A stretch of 64,000 nt of DNA, taken from NCBI GenBank assembly GCA_038235225.1, contig JBBSUD010000002.1:16270-80269 (forward strand). The letters run 5' to 3'. This document shows, piece after piece, positions 1 through 9,488 of this stretch; position 1 is the first letter of the stretch; each line of letters opens with the position of its first letter. A program made the position numbers and the translations under genes. The notes under the pieces are model-generated. The model was not told where the DNA came from and ran no database searches. It saw only the letters and a list, made by a program, of their open reading frames with translations. The DNA comes from Verrucomicrobiales bacterium. GTDB taxonomy: Bacteria > Verrucomicrobiota > Verrucomicrobiia > Verrucomicrobiales > Akkermansiaceae.

Positions 1-1
1 C

Positions 2-1000
2 AGCCGCGCGCGGAAGACCGCCGGCTCCGACATTCATCTGGGCGTTTCCATTGATCAAATCGCCGCGAAAGCCGCACAGGATCAGACGCGGCTGCCCTCG
101 CTGGAGCTATCCGCGGATGGCGTGCGCAAGGCCGGGCAGTGCGATTCCGGCTATTCCTGCGCCTATCAGTTCAATCTTTCCTGGCGCTCGGAGGACCAGC
201 CGATGACGCCGGAATCCAATCCCCGTGCGGTGTTCGAGCGGCTTTTCGGAGCCGGTAGCGCCAAGGAGCGCACGAAAAGCCTCGGCCAGCGCTACGCCAC
301 CAAGCAGTCGCTGCTGGATTTCATCAGCCACGACGCCAAGGCGCTCCAGCGGAACCTCGGCCGAAGCGATCGCCACAAGCTGGACGAATACCTCACCGGC
401 GTCCGCGAGATCGAACGGCAGGTGGAAAAGGCCGAGGCCATGGGCATTCCCGTCGATCCCGGCGTGCCCGCGCCCACCGATCATCCGGGTTCCTACAAGG
501 AACAGCTCGACCTGATGATGGACATGATGGTGCTCGCTTTTAAAACCGACTCGACCCGCGTCGCCACCTTCCTGATGGCCCACGATGGCAGCAACCGCAG
601 CTTCGCGGACATCGGCGTCTCGGACGGGCACCACAACATTTCCCACCACCAGAGTAAGAAGGAAAATCTGGAGAAATTGGCGAAGATCGACCTCTTCTAC
701 ACCCGCCAGCTCGCCTATTTCCTGGAGAAGCTGAAGAAGACCGAAGACGTGGACGGCAAGTCGCTCCTCCACAACTCGATGATCGTCTATGGCGGCTGCA
801 TCTCAGATGGGAACCGTCACAATCATGACGATTTGCCGATCATCGTCGCCGGAAACGCTGGGGGAGCCTTCGCCCCCGGCCGTCACGTCGATCTGGGCGA
901 AAAGGTGCCGCTGTCCAATCTCTACGTCCGCATGCTCAACGAGTTCGGAGTGAACGACCGCAAGTTCGCGGACTCCAGCGGCGTGCTCAGGAAGATCTAG
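2..1000 (+). CDS. DUF1552 domain-containing protein (5'-truncated by window edge)
   Basis: Open frame from position 2 (SRARKTAGSDIHLGVSIDQ...LPSLELS). Motifs GYSCAY..NLSW, DRHKLDEYL, HHNISHH, SMIVYG...DGNRHNH.DLP and LSNLY are typical of DUF1552 in PVC bacteria. Confidence 0.85.
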   Translation, partial: SRARKTAGSDIHLGVSIDQIAAKAAQDQTRLPSLELSADGVRKAGQCDSGYSCAYQFNLSWRSEDQPMTPESNPRAVFERLFGAGSAKERTKSLGQRYATKQSLLDFISHDAKALQRNLGRSDRHKLDEYLTGVREIERQVEKAEAMGIPVDPGVPAPTDHPGSYKEQLDLMMDMMVLAFKTDSTRVATFLMAHDGSNRSFADIGVSDGHHNISHHQSKKENLEKLAKIDLFYTRQLAYFLEKLKKTEDVDGKSLLHNSMIVYGGCISDGNRHNHDDLPIIVAGNAGGAFAPGRHVDLGEKVPLSNLYVRMLNEFGVNDRKFADSSGVLRKI

Positions 1001-1048
1001 GCCCACAAGCGATCAGACCATCACTTTGGTCGAATAGGTCATGGCAGT

Positions 1049-1079
1049 TGCCGCGAGGGGGGATGAGGATGTATATCCT
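1049..1079 (+). promoter_or_regulatory. Putative sigma70 promoter overlapped by palindrome AGGAT-GTAT-ATCCT
   Basis: TTGCCG at 1049-1054, 17-nt spacer, TATATC at 1072-1077. A perfect 5-4-5 inverted repeat at 1066-1079 lies about 30 nt upstream of ATG 1111. Confidence 0.3.
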
Positions 1080-1110
1080 TTGTAAATCCAAAGCACCTTC
1101 GCAGCCGATC

Positions 1111-4100
1111 ATGAAAACCCAGCTCCTTCCCGCCAGAGTCCGTTCGCGCGGCTTCGCGCTCGTCGTCACCCTCAGCTTGATGATCCTGCTGACGGTAATC
1201 GCCGTCGGCCTGCTGAGTCTCGCCTCGATCAGCCTCCGAGCCACTTCCGGAGCGGATGCCCGGCAGCGTGCGAAATCAAACGCCCGTCTGGCTCTCGTGC
1301 TAGCGATCGGCGCGCTGCAGAAGAACCTCGGCCCCGACCAGCGGATTTCCGCCCCGGCGTCACTGATTGACGTGAAAGCCTCCCCCGGCATGACCGGCGC
1401 TTGGGAATCCTGGGCACCGGATCCGCTGGGCGGGACCGATTACTCCCGCCGCCGGGCCGCCGGCGGTAGCACCGAAATCGCGGACGGCGAGTTCCTCGGT
1501 TGGCTGGCATCCGCCACGGATGGCGCGCTGGCGGCGGACCCCGCCGCGCCCCCCAAGCCACCCGCCGATGGGGTCGCCCTGCTTCCCGTCACCGCTGCCG
1601 CTGCCGCCGATGCCGGCAAGGTCGCCTCCGTCCGAATCCGCAGTGACGGGTCGCTCGCCTGGGCAGTGGTGGACGAGGGCGTGAAAGCGCGTTTCGACCT
1701 CCCTGTGGAAGCCAAGGCCCTCGATGGCTCCGCCGAGTCCCGCCTCCGCGCCGCCGGCCGGGATGCGGTGGAATCCATGGACGGACTCGCCGCGCTGCGT
1801 CTGGATGCCGCCCAAGCGGCGAGGACGATTTCCCTCGCCGGGGCCGAAATCGTCGCAAGCAGGGATTCCGTCCGGATTCACCGGGAAGACATCACGCCCT
1901 ATTCCTCCTCCGTGCTTTGCAATGTGGCCGCCGGCGGACTCAAGGCGGACCTCACCCGCGCATTCGAGGCGGAGGGGCTCCCCGCCGACCTCGCGGAGCG
2001 GCGCCTCTACTCTCAGACCTCGACCCCGTTTTCCGATGCGGACCCCTACATGAGCGGTCTGGCCGCGTACTACCGGCTCTACAAAATCATGCCGGACCGC
2101 ACGACCCCCGCGCGGACCTCCGTGCCGGACAATTTTTCCGCGTTCTCGGACAGTCGCGGGGGCCCCGTTGCCAACAAATCCATGCCGAAAGGCGCGTTGA
2201 TCCTGCCGGTGATCTCCAAGGTCCAGGTCGTGTTCTCGCTGATTTCCAGGGAGGCGCATGCCCACTGGTTCACCACCATCCCGAAGAACACGGGCGATCC
2301 GAACCGCAAATACATGGTCTATCTGATCTACACCCCCGTGATCACCGTCTCGAACCCCTACGACGTCCCGCTGGTTTTCAACGATTTGAAGGTCACTTTC
2401 CGGAATCTTCCCGTGTCCTTCCGCATGTTCCGCAACGGCATGGCGCAGACCAACAACCGCTTTCTGCTGGGCCAGACTCATACCTCCTCCCAGACGAATC
2501 CGGGCTTCGACGATCCCTTCACCGTCACCGTCGGAAATTCCCCGGGCAGGTCCGGTGGAGCGGTCACCCTCAAGCCGGGCGAGGCGCGCGTTTTCGGCGT
2601 CACCCATTCCGCGGAATCCACCTTCGGCAGCATGACAAATTTCCTGTGGCAGAACGACTTGGACAAAAGCGCCACTCTCAAAACGTCCGCGGGGCCGGGC
2701 TGGGATTTCCGCTCGGGCTTCATTGTGGACTGGCTGGCCCCGTCCGGCGCCGGACGCGCGGGGGATAATCATAACCTCGGCGTCTTCGGCGTCAGCGGCT
2801 CCGACACGGTGGATGTGGAATGCGCCCCGATGATGCCGTCGAATTCCGGCGGCCGGTTCAGCGTGGAAATCGAGGCCAACGTGGCCGGCAGCCGCCGCCC
2901 CACCCGCATCGGTTTCTACGATTACAAGTACGGTAACGAAAACCGGCTGCGGGAAATCTTCGAACAAGGGCGCAACCCCCTCCTCGGCCCGGTGACCTAC
3001 CCCTTCCGCCGCGAGCGACCTTGGAAGACGAGCGAGCTTTACCAGAGCGCTCCCGACACCACCAAAATCAAAGATTGGACGGGGCCGAAGCAATTCGCGG
3101 TCTTTACTGTTTCGGACCGCACCGCCCAGGATTCCCAGTATCCAGGCAAGCCCGGCCGCCAGTCGTCCTTCGTCCACAACGTCTTGGAAATGGACGCCAC
3201 CTCCACCCATCCCGGCAGGCTCCCGATGGAGGTATCGCTCCTGCCGATCCGCACGGAAGGCACCAATACTGTCGGCTCCATCGACGCGGACGGCTTCGAC
3301 CGCGCCTATTTCTATTCCGGGACGCGCCAGGTCACCGGCGCCGTGAGCGCGCCTACTTACCAAATGCCGGTTTCTCCGCTGGTGAACCTAGCCGATTTCC
3401 GCCACGCGAACCTCGCGGCCGGTGGATTCCTCCCACTCACCAGCTACACGGTCGGCGAATCGGCGGCACCCGCCATGATCGAGGCCGGCAAAGTCCGCAC
3501 GCCCAGCGGCTTCGGCTACGACGCGCTCGATCACGCCTGGCTCGCCAACAGCCGCCTCTGGGACGGCTACTATCTTTCCGCGCTCGTCACGGAGGACGCC
3601 ACGCGAGCATTCCTCGGCGGATCTCCGCTTCTCCACAACCCGCGCTACACGCCCTACGCCACTCCCGGCACCACGCGGGACGCCGCCGCCACCGCGCTCT
3701 TGGGCGATTCCGGCTGGAAATCCGCCTCCGCCCACCAGCTTTTGCGGGGCGGATTCAACGTCAATTCCACCTCCATCCCCGCGTGGAAGGCCGTGCTTTC
3801 CGCCCACACCGGCGCTCCCATCCCGGTGCTCAACCCTCTTGACCTCACCTCGAAATCCACCACCGCCGATCTGCTCCCGGTCCTTCGCACCGTCACCCCG
3901 ACCGCCGGCGATATCGACGCCATGCCGGGCAACGCAAACCGCTGGGGCGGCTTCCGCAACCTCTCCGCCGCGAGCGTGGACAAGCTGGCCACCGCCATCG
4001 TGGCGCAAATACGCAAGGAAGGCCCCTTCCTCTCGATGAGCGATTTCCTCAACCGCCGCCTCGTCTCCGAAAGCGATGAACAATCGTCCGGCGGCCCGCT

Positions 4101-4521
4101 TGAGCTGGCGATCGCCAAATCCGGCGTCAACGACATACCCGGCGGCGTCGTCAACCGCGCCGTCACCGCCGCGGACGCCGCCGCCATGGGCTTCGCGAAC
4201 AAGACCGCCGCCGCCGGCGATACCGAGGAAGGCAGCCGCGCCCGCATCACCCAAGGCGATTTGCTCTCGATGGTCGGTGCCAGCCTGACCGTGCGCTCGG
4301 ACACCTTCACCATCCGCGCTTATGGCGAGGCAAAAGACGTCTCCGGCAAGAACACACTCTCCCGCGCTTGGTGCGAGGCCGTCGTCCAGCGGCTGCCTGC
4401 TTGGGTCGATCCCGCCGATACGCCGGAAATCGAGCCCGCCGCCGCCAGCCCTGCGAACCGCCGCTTCGGCCGCCGCTTCGAAGTGATTTCCTTCCGCTGG
4501 CTCGCTCCGGGTGAGGTTTGA
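1111..4521 (+). CDS. Verru_Chthon cassette protein A-like / PilX-N-terminal large pilin-associated protein
   Basis: N-terminal type IV pilin-like leader RGFALVVTLSLMILLTVIAVGLLSL...ARSNARLAL..AIG.LQ..LGPDQRISA. C-terminal LTVRSDTFTIRAYGE...RAWCEAVVQR...GRRFEVISFRWL. Confidence 0.75.
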   Translation: MKTQLLPARVRSRGFALVVTLSLMILLTVIAVGLLSLASISLRATSGADARQRAKSNARLALVLAIGALQKNLGPDQRISAPASLIDVKASPGMTGAWESWAPDPLGGTDYSRRRAAGGSTEIADGEFLGWLASATDGALAADPAAPPKPPADGVALLPVTAAAAADAGKVASVRIRSDGSLAWAVVDEGVKARFDLPVEAKALDGSAESRLRAAGRDAVESMDGLAALRLDAAQAARTISLAGAEIVASRDSVRIHREDITPYSSSVLCNVAAGGLKADLTRAFEAEGLPADLAERRLYSQTSTPFSDADPYMSGLAAYYRLYKIMPDRTTPARTSVPDNFSAFSDSRGGPVANKSMPKGALILPVISKVQVVFSLISREAHAHWFTTIPKNTGDPNRKYMVYLIYTPVITVSNPYDVPLVFNDLKVTFRNLPVSFRMFRNGMAQTNNRFLLGQTHTSSQTNPGFDDPFTVTVGNSPGRSGGAVTLKPGEARVFGVTHSAESTFGSMTNFLWQNDLDKSATLKTSAGPGWDFRSGFIVDWLAPSGAGRAGDNHNLGVFGVSGSDTVDVECAPMMPSNSGGRFSVEIEANVAGSRRPTRIGFYDYKYGNENRLREIFEQGRNPLLGPVTYPFRRERPWKTSELYQSAPDTTKIKDWTGPKQFAVFTVSDRTAQDSQYPGKPGRQSSFVHNVLEMDATSTHPGRLPMEVSLLPIRTEGTNTVGSIDADGFDRAYFYSGTRQVTGAVSAPTYQMPVSPLVNLADFRHANLAAGGFLPLTSYTVGESAAPAMIEAGKVRTPSGFGYDALDHAWLANSRLWDGYYLSALVTEDATRAFLGGSPLLHNPRYTPYATPGTTRDAAATALLGDSGWKSASAHQLLRGGFNVNSTSIPAWKAVLSAHTGAPIPVLNPLDLTSKSTTADLLPVLRTVTPTAGDIDAMPGNANRWGGFRNLSAASVDKLATAIVAQIRKEGPFLSMSDFLNRRLVSESDEQSSGGPLELAIAKSGVNDIPGGVVNRAVTAADAAAMGFANKTAAAGDTEEGSRARITQGDLLSMVGASLTVRSDTFTIRAYGEAKDVSGKNTLSRAWCEAVVQRLPAWVDPADTPEIEPAAASPANRRFGRRFEVISFRWLAPGEV

Positions 4522-4553
4522 ATTCGCAGGGAAACCCGCTAGCTTCACCGCTC

Positions 4554-5252
4554 ATGATCCGACTCCTGCTCCTCGCCCTCGTCGCAACCGCCCTCCCGGC
4601 CCGGGCCGGGGAAGTCCGTACCGCCAAGCTCCGCGCACTCTGCTTCGAAGCCGTGGACGGCCTTTCCGACGTGCTCTACGTCGGTCCGGACGGGAAATCC
4701 ACCACTCCGCTCAAGCTCTGGACCACCTCGTTCAGCGATGAGATCGAAATCCGCATGGATGGCGGCGCCGTCCGCTTCGCCGTGCCTGACAAGGCGCCCG
4801 ATGGCACGGAAATCCTCCGCATCGTGGCCGAGGGGCAGGCGGTGGAGGGCGCGCGGCAGCTCGCTCTTTTCATCCCGCAGCAAGGGAAAATCCCTTACCG
4901 CCTCGTGATGATGGACGATTCCGAAAAAGGATTTCCCATGGGATCCATCGCCGCCATGAACTTGGCCCCCACGCCCGTCCGGCTCCGCATCGGCGAGCGG
5001 GACGTCCAGCTCAAACCCGGCGCACGCGGCTCGATCCCCCAGCCGGCCAAGGTGAACGACCGCAACCAAGCCAACGTTGAGATCTCCTTTCTGGACACCA
5101 AGGGCGCGTGGGTGCCGGTCAACAACACCCGCTGGCTCATCTCCCCGCTCAAGCGCAGCATCGCCATCGCGTTCCTCGACCGAAAGACGAACCAGCCGAC
5201 GGTGAACTCCTACGATGACACCCCGCCTTGGCGGTTGCCAAAGCTGCCGTAA
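4554..5252 (+). CDS. Hypothetical secreted protein, downstream partner of the Verru_Chthon-A-like gene
   Basis: Signal-peptide-like MIRLLLLALVATALPARA and a GC3-rich open frame. Confidence 0.7.
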   Translation: MIRLLLLALVATALPARAGEVRTAKLRALCFEAVDGLSDVLYVGPDGKSTTPLKLWTTSFSDEIEIRMDGGAVRFAVPDKAPDGTEILRIVAEGQAVEGARQLALFIPQQGKIPYRLVMMDDSEKGFPMGSIAAMNLAPTPVRLRIGERDVQLKPGARGSIPQPAKVNDRNQANVEISFLDTKGAWVPVNNTRWLISPLKRSIAIAFLDRKTNQPTVNSYDDTPPWRLPKLP

Positions 5253-5259
5253 CTCTTTC

Positions 5260-7431
5260 CTAGCGAGGCGTCGCCGCCGCCGAGCGGACGAGCCGCAGCT
5301 TGCCGTAGCTGAAGCGCCCGCCGAGCTGCTCAAAGACCGGCTTCAGCGCGATTTCCTCGTAGCCCTCCAGCGCCGCGAGGATTTCCCGCTCGTCTTCAGC
5401 GCTGTAGAGGCGCCGCACATCGATCGGCTCGCCGTTCTCGAGCGCGGCGGCGAGGTGGTTCTCGATCGTGCTGCTGACGCAGCCGCGCATCGCCGCGATT
5501 TCCTCAATGGATTTCCCCTGCTTCCACAGCGCCAGCGTGTCGATCGCCGAGGAATTCAACGCCGTCCCCTGCGCCGGCCGCGGTTTGGGAGTGGAAATCC
5601 CTTCGAAGGTTTGCCGGGGATTTTCCGCCAGCCACGCGCCGATTTCCCGCAGGAAATCCGCGCCGTAATCCTCCAGCTTCTTCTCGCCCACGCCGGAATT
5701 CGCCAGCAAAGCCGCATCGTCCTGCGGATAGCTCCGGCAGAGATGGCGCAACGTCACGTCGGAGAAAACGACGTAGGGCGGCACGGCGCGGGCGTCGGCC
5801 AGGGATTTCCGCAACACCCGCAGGCGCTCGAAAAGCCCGTTATCGCAAGGGATGTCCCCGGCGCGGACCGCCGTGGAGCGATCGCGCGGCTCTACCAGCG
5901 CGCGCGTCAGCATCACGGTTTCGCGGTTTTTCAAAACCGCCATCCCCTCGCGGCTGATGGCGGCGGTGGGGAATTTATCCCCGCTGGCCGCCAGAAATCC
6001 GGCGCGCAAAAGCTGCCTGCCAAGATCCACCCAGTACGCCCGCGCCCGGTCCTTGCCGATGCCGTAGGTACTTACCTTGTCGTGACCCCAGCGCAGGATT
6101 TTCTCGGATTGCCCGCCGGTGAGGACCTCGGAAACGTGATTCAACCCAACGTCGAATCCCCCCGCCTGGCGGATGCGGACGACGCAGCTCAGCAGCTTCT
6201 GGACGTCGAGCGTCGCGTCCCATTTCTCCCGCGGATTCAGGCAATGGTCGCATGCGCCGCAATTTTCCGCCGTCCAGTCCTCGCCGAAATATCCCATCAG
6301 CGCGACCCGGCGGCAGCGGTCGTCCTCGGCGTAATGCGTCATCTGGTCGAGCTGCCGGTGCGCCACTTGGCGGGCCTGCTCGTCCGGGATGTCGTCGAGA
6401 AATTTGAGTAATTTCATCACGTCGCCGCGGGAAAACAGCAGCAGACAATCGGCGGGCAGCCCGTCGCGCCCGGCCCGGCCGGTTTCCTGATAATAGCCCT
6501 CCAGATTTTTCGGCAAATCCGCGTGGATCACGAAGCGGACGTTGGGTTTGTTGATTCCCATGCCGAACGCGACGGTGGCGCAGACGATCTTCGCCTCGTC
6601 ACGCAGGAAGGCGTCCTGATTCGCCGCGCGCTCGTCGGCTTGCAGGCCGGCGTGGTAGCAGACGGCGGCAAACCCATTTCCGCGCAACGTGGCAGCCATC
6701 GCCTCCGTGCTTTTCCGGGACTGGCAGTAAACGATTCCGGACTCGCCCGGCCGCGCTTCGGCGAAATTGCACACCTGGGCGGCGGCGCCGGATTTGGCCA
6801 CGACCTGGTATTTCAAATTCGGCCGGTTGAAGCTGGCCAGGAAGATTTCCGGCTCCCGCAAATCGAGCTGGATGGCGATGTCCGCCCGCACCCGCTCCGT
6901 CGCCGTCGCCGTGAGCGCCAGCACCGGGATGCCAGGCAATGTCTCCCGCACCTCGCGCAAACGACGATACTCCGGGCGAAAATCGTGGCCCCATTCGCTG
7001 ATGCAGTGCGCCTCGTCCACCGCCAGCGCATCCACATTCCAATGCCGCAGACCATCGAGAAAATCCGGCAGCATCAGCCGCTCCGGCGCGACGAAAAGCA
7101 GGTCATACTCGCCCTTGCCGAGCCCGCGCGTCCGCTCGTAGGCCTCGGCAGGGTCGAGCGTGGAATTGAGAAAAGTCGCCGCCACGCCGCTTGCCCGGAG
7201 CTGGTCCACTTGGTCCTTCATCAGCGCGATCAGCGGCGAAACCACCACCGTCAGCCCTTTGCGAAGGAGCGCGGGAAGCTGATAGCACAGGCTTTTGCCC
7301 GCGCCGGTCGGCAGAATCGCCACCACATCGCGCCCCGCCAGAGAGACCTCCATGATTTCCCGCTGCAGCGGCCGAAAATCGTCGTAGCCGAAGGTTTGTT
7401 TGAGTTTTCGCGCCAGCCGGTCATCGCTCAT
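5260..7431 (-). CDS. recQ: ATP-dependent DNA helicase RecQ
   Basis: Motifs PTGAGKSLCYQLPA, VDEAHCISEWGHDFRPEY, ALTATAT and YYQETGRAGRDG, Zn motif CRR...CGACDHC, RQC, HRDC (VPPYVVFSD) and a C-terminal HTH. Confidence 0.97.
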   Translation of the reverse strand: MSDDRLARKLKQTFGYDDFRPLQREIMEVSLAGRDVVAILPTGAGKSLCYQLPALLRKGLTVVVSPLIALMKDQVDQLRASGVAATFLNSTLDPAEAYERTRGLGKGEYDLLFVAPERLMLPDFLDGLRHWNVDALAVDEAHCISEWGHDFRPEYRRLREVRETLPGIPVLALTATATERVRADIAIQLDLREPEIFLASFNRPNLKYQVVAKSGAAAQVCNFAEARPGESGIVYCQSRKSTEAMAATLRGNGFAAVCYHAGLQADERAANQDAFLRDEAKIVCATVAFGMGINKPNVRFVIHADLPKNLEGYYQETGRAGRDGLPADCLLLFSRGDVMKLLKFLDDIPDEQARQVAHRQLDQMTHYAEDDRCRRVALMGYFGEDWTAENCGACDHCLNPREKWDATLDVQKLLSCVVRIRQAGGFDVGLNHVSEVLTGGQSEKILRWGHDKVSTYGIGKDRARAYWVDLGRQLLRAGFLAASGDKFPTAAISREGMAVLKNRETVMLTRALVEPRDRSTAVRAGDIPCDNGLFERLRVLRKSLADARAVPPYVVFSDVTLRHLCRSYPQDDAALLANSGVGEKKLEDYGADFLREIGAWLAENPRQTFEGISTPKPRPAQGTALNSSAIDTLALWKQGKSIEEIAAMRGCVSSTIENHLAAALENGEPIDVRRLYSAEDEREILAALEGYEEIALKPVFEQLGGRFSYGKLRLVRSAAATPR

Positions 7432-7476
7432 GGCGCCGATTTCCCGCCATGCGCAGGGGCGGTTCAAGAGGGAAAA

Positions 7477-8664
7477 TTAGGAAGCCGCGTCCTCCGCTGG
7501 CGGAACGCCTCCGCCCGTGATCGCCTGCCTTTTCAGATTTCTCAGCGTGAACAAGCCCAAGCCCGGGGCTTCCCGTATTTCGCGTGCGCCATCCTTTCTC
7601 GTTTTGCCGAAATTCCCCCGCTGTTCCCGGAAAACCGCCTCCACAAACTCCCGGCCACCAATCGCCACGCCATCCACAAAGTAGCGCACCCGGCATCGCA
7701 GCAACTCTCCACGCGACAGCCCACCACGCTTTTGCCGCACCTCCGCCCGAGCCTCTGCGGTCACCCCGCGCCGCGTCTCCGTCACCACCCCGCGCTCGAA
7801 TAACCAGCTCCGGTATAACATTGCCACGGAGAGTCTTCCATCAACGTCGCCGGATTGGATGCTATCCCAGGAATCCGCCTCCCGCTCTGTCGCCAGGCAT
7901 AGGCCGCGCCGCGCCATTCCGGATCCCGCCAATGCCTCCGCATACCCGCACCAGCGGTAGTCCTTCGGATCCTCCACCAATCCCGCCCGCACCGCATTCA
8001 GGTCGATGTAGCATGCCATCGTCCGCAATGCCTCACCGTCCGCTACCAGCACGCTTTTGAAGCGCTCCATCCACAGCGTCCCTTTCCGGTCGTGCGTCCG
8101 GTTGAACCAACGGGAGAACCGCTCCTTCAACTCCTTAACGAACAACGGCAAATTGCAGAACCGCAGCTTGAAACGATTCAGCAGTTCGTCCGCTTCCTTC
8201 TCCATCCCCCTTGCCCGCAAATCCGCCAACTCCCCGCCAAGTCCCTGCAGGTATTCCGCCGAATAAAGAAATCCCAGCCGCTCGAACATCCGCTCCTCCC
8301 CCTCCGGTCCGTCGAATTGCACCAGAAATTTTTTCTGATCCGGCACCCGCACCAGCAGGTGGAAGTGATTCGCCATCACCGCGTGGGTGACGATTTCCAC
8401 TCCGGAGAATCCCTCCAGCAGCCGCACGATTCCGAGAAAAGCATCCTTTTCCACCGCCCCGAAAAGTTTTTCCCCGCCGGCGGTCTTGCTCATCACGTGG
8501 AAGGAATTCGCGTGTCCCGTCCCCCCCGTGATCCTCCGTCGCCCTCCACTTTTTCCCCGCGCGAACCCACCCATCGGCAGTCCGGTTTTCCGCCCTGCCA
8601 GCATCTCGGTTCCCCCACTCCTGTCTCCGGTCTCTGCTCCGCTCATCCGCACACCCTGCGCCAC
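7477..8664 (-). CDS. REP-associated tyrosine transposase (RAYT, Y1_Tnp HUH family); start may be 8574
   Basis: HUH motif VMANHFHLLV, upstream FHVMS, WMERFKS, catalytic YIDLNAVRAGLVEDP.DYRWCGY, and the C-terminal RVRYFVDGVAIG typical of verrucomicrobial RAYTs. Confidence 0.85.
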   Translation of the reverse strand: MAQGVRMSGAETGDRSGGTEMLAGRKTGLPMGGFARGKSGGRRRITGGTGHANSFHVMSKTAGGEKLFGAVEKDAFLGIVRLLEGFSGVEIVTHAVMANHFHLLVRVPDQKKFLVQFDGPEGEERMFERLGFLYSAEYLQGLGGELADLRARGMEKEADELLNRFKLRFCNLPLFVKELKERFSRWFNRTHDRKGTLWMERFKSVLVADGEALRTMACYIDLNAVRAGLVEDPKDYRWCGYAEALAGSGMARRGLCLATEREADSWDSIQSGDVDGRLSVAMLYRSWLFERGVVTETRRGVTAEARAEVRQKRGGLSRGELLRCRVRYFVDGVAIGGREFVEAVFREQRGNFGKTRKDGAREIREAPGLGLFTLRNLKRQAITGGGVPPAEDAAS

Positions 8665-8684
8665 CTTCAGAAAAGCACAACAAC

Positions 8685-8703
8685 AATGTGCCAGTCATAT
8701 TTA
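8685..8703. repeat. AT-rich imperfect hairpin AATGTG-CCAGT-CATATT upstream of RAYT
   Basis: 6-bp stem with one G:T pair, in an AT-rich patch 20 nt 5' of the RAYT ORF. Confidence 0.3.
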
Positions 8704-8786
8704 GTTTCGCACTTCCACGTTCACTCACGCCTGATCCTCCCACCGAGCGCTTGCGTGCCGCTGGTGGAATGATAAGGAGGCCGCGC

Positions 8787-9482
8787 ATGTCCGATTCCGA
8801 ACTCCCGACGGCCCGCGCGCGCGGTGGCTGCATGTCGAAGCTGCTCTTCCTCCTGCTGCTGTTGCTCGCCATAGGCTTGGGGACCGGGATTTTTTACGCG
8901 GCGCGGCCGCAGGACCTCTCCGATCTGGGCGGTTACGGTGGGGCGGTATCGCCACGGGAAAGAGATTTGGCGGAGGTTCTGAAGAGCTCGCTGGACCGCG
9001 GTTACAACGTCACGCTCACTGAAGCGGAGATCAATCAGTGGCTGGGACGGACGCTGGTATGCAAGCAGGGCGGACCGCTTGGTGATTTTGTAAAACTCAA
9101 GCGCGTGTGGGTGCGACTGGAGGACGGCCGGGCGGAGGTCATCATGGTGCGCTCCATTTTCGGCAAGCCCTTCACCGTTTCAATGTATCTGCAGGTGGAG
9201 AAATTCGAAGACGCTCGCGGCCTCATCACCGACGTGAAACCGGACGGCGGCCCGTATCACCCGGATTTCCCCAAACCTCCCAAAGGCGGGCGCTTCGGGC
9301 GGCTTGTGGTTCCGCAGGGTTTCCTGCACCTCATACTGCCGGCCTACAGGAAGCTCGCAGCGGCGTTTTCCGAGGAAACCGGCATGGCTTTCAGCGACAT
9401 GGCGCGCATCCGCATCGAGAGCGACCGCCTCGTTCTCGATCCCCGCGACAATTCCAGCGATACCGGTCTCGCACCGTTCTGA
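8787..9482 (+). CDS. Hypothetical membrane-anchored protein
   Basis: SD AAGGAGG at 8774-8780 precedes ATG 8787. N-terminal TM segment LLFLLLLLLAIGLGTGIFYA. Confidence 0.75.
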   Translation: MSDSELPTARARGGCMSKLLFLLLLLLAIGLGTGIFYAARPQDLSDLGGYGGAVSPRERDLAEVLKSSLDRGYNVTLTEAEINQWLGRTLVCKQGGPLGDFVKLKRVWVRLEDGRAEVIMVRSIFGKPFTVSMYLQVEKFEDARGLITDVKPDGGPYHPDFPKPPKGGRFGRLVVPQGFLHLILPAYRKLAAAFSEETGMAFSDMARIRIESDRLVLDPRDNSSDTGLAPF

Positions 9483-9488
9483 AAGTCC

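Noticed and set aside
1360-3363. Long antisense ORF (667 aa), and similar ones at 11214-12959, 39669-41258, 34986-36452, 48305-49522 and 5215-6411
   Set aside because: These are shadow ORFs opposite or overlapping well-supported genes, expected in high-GC DNA, with no recognisable motifs.
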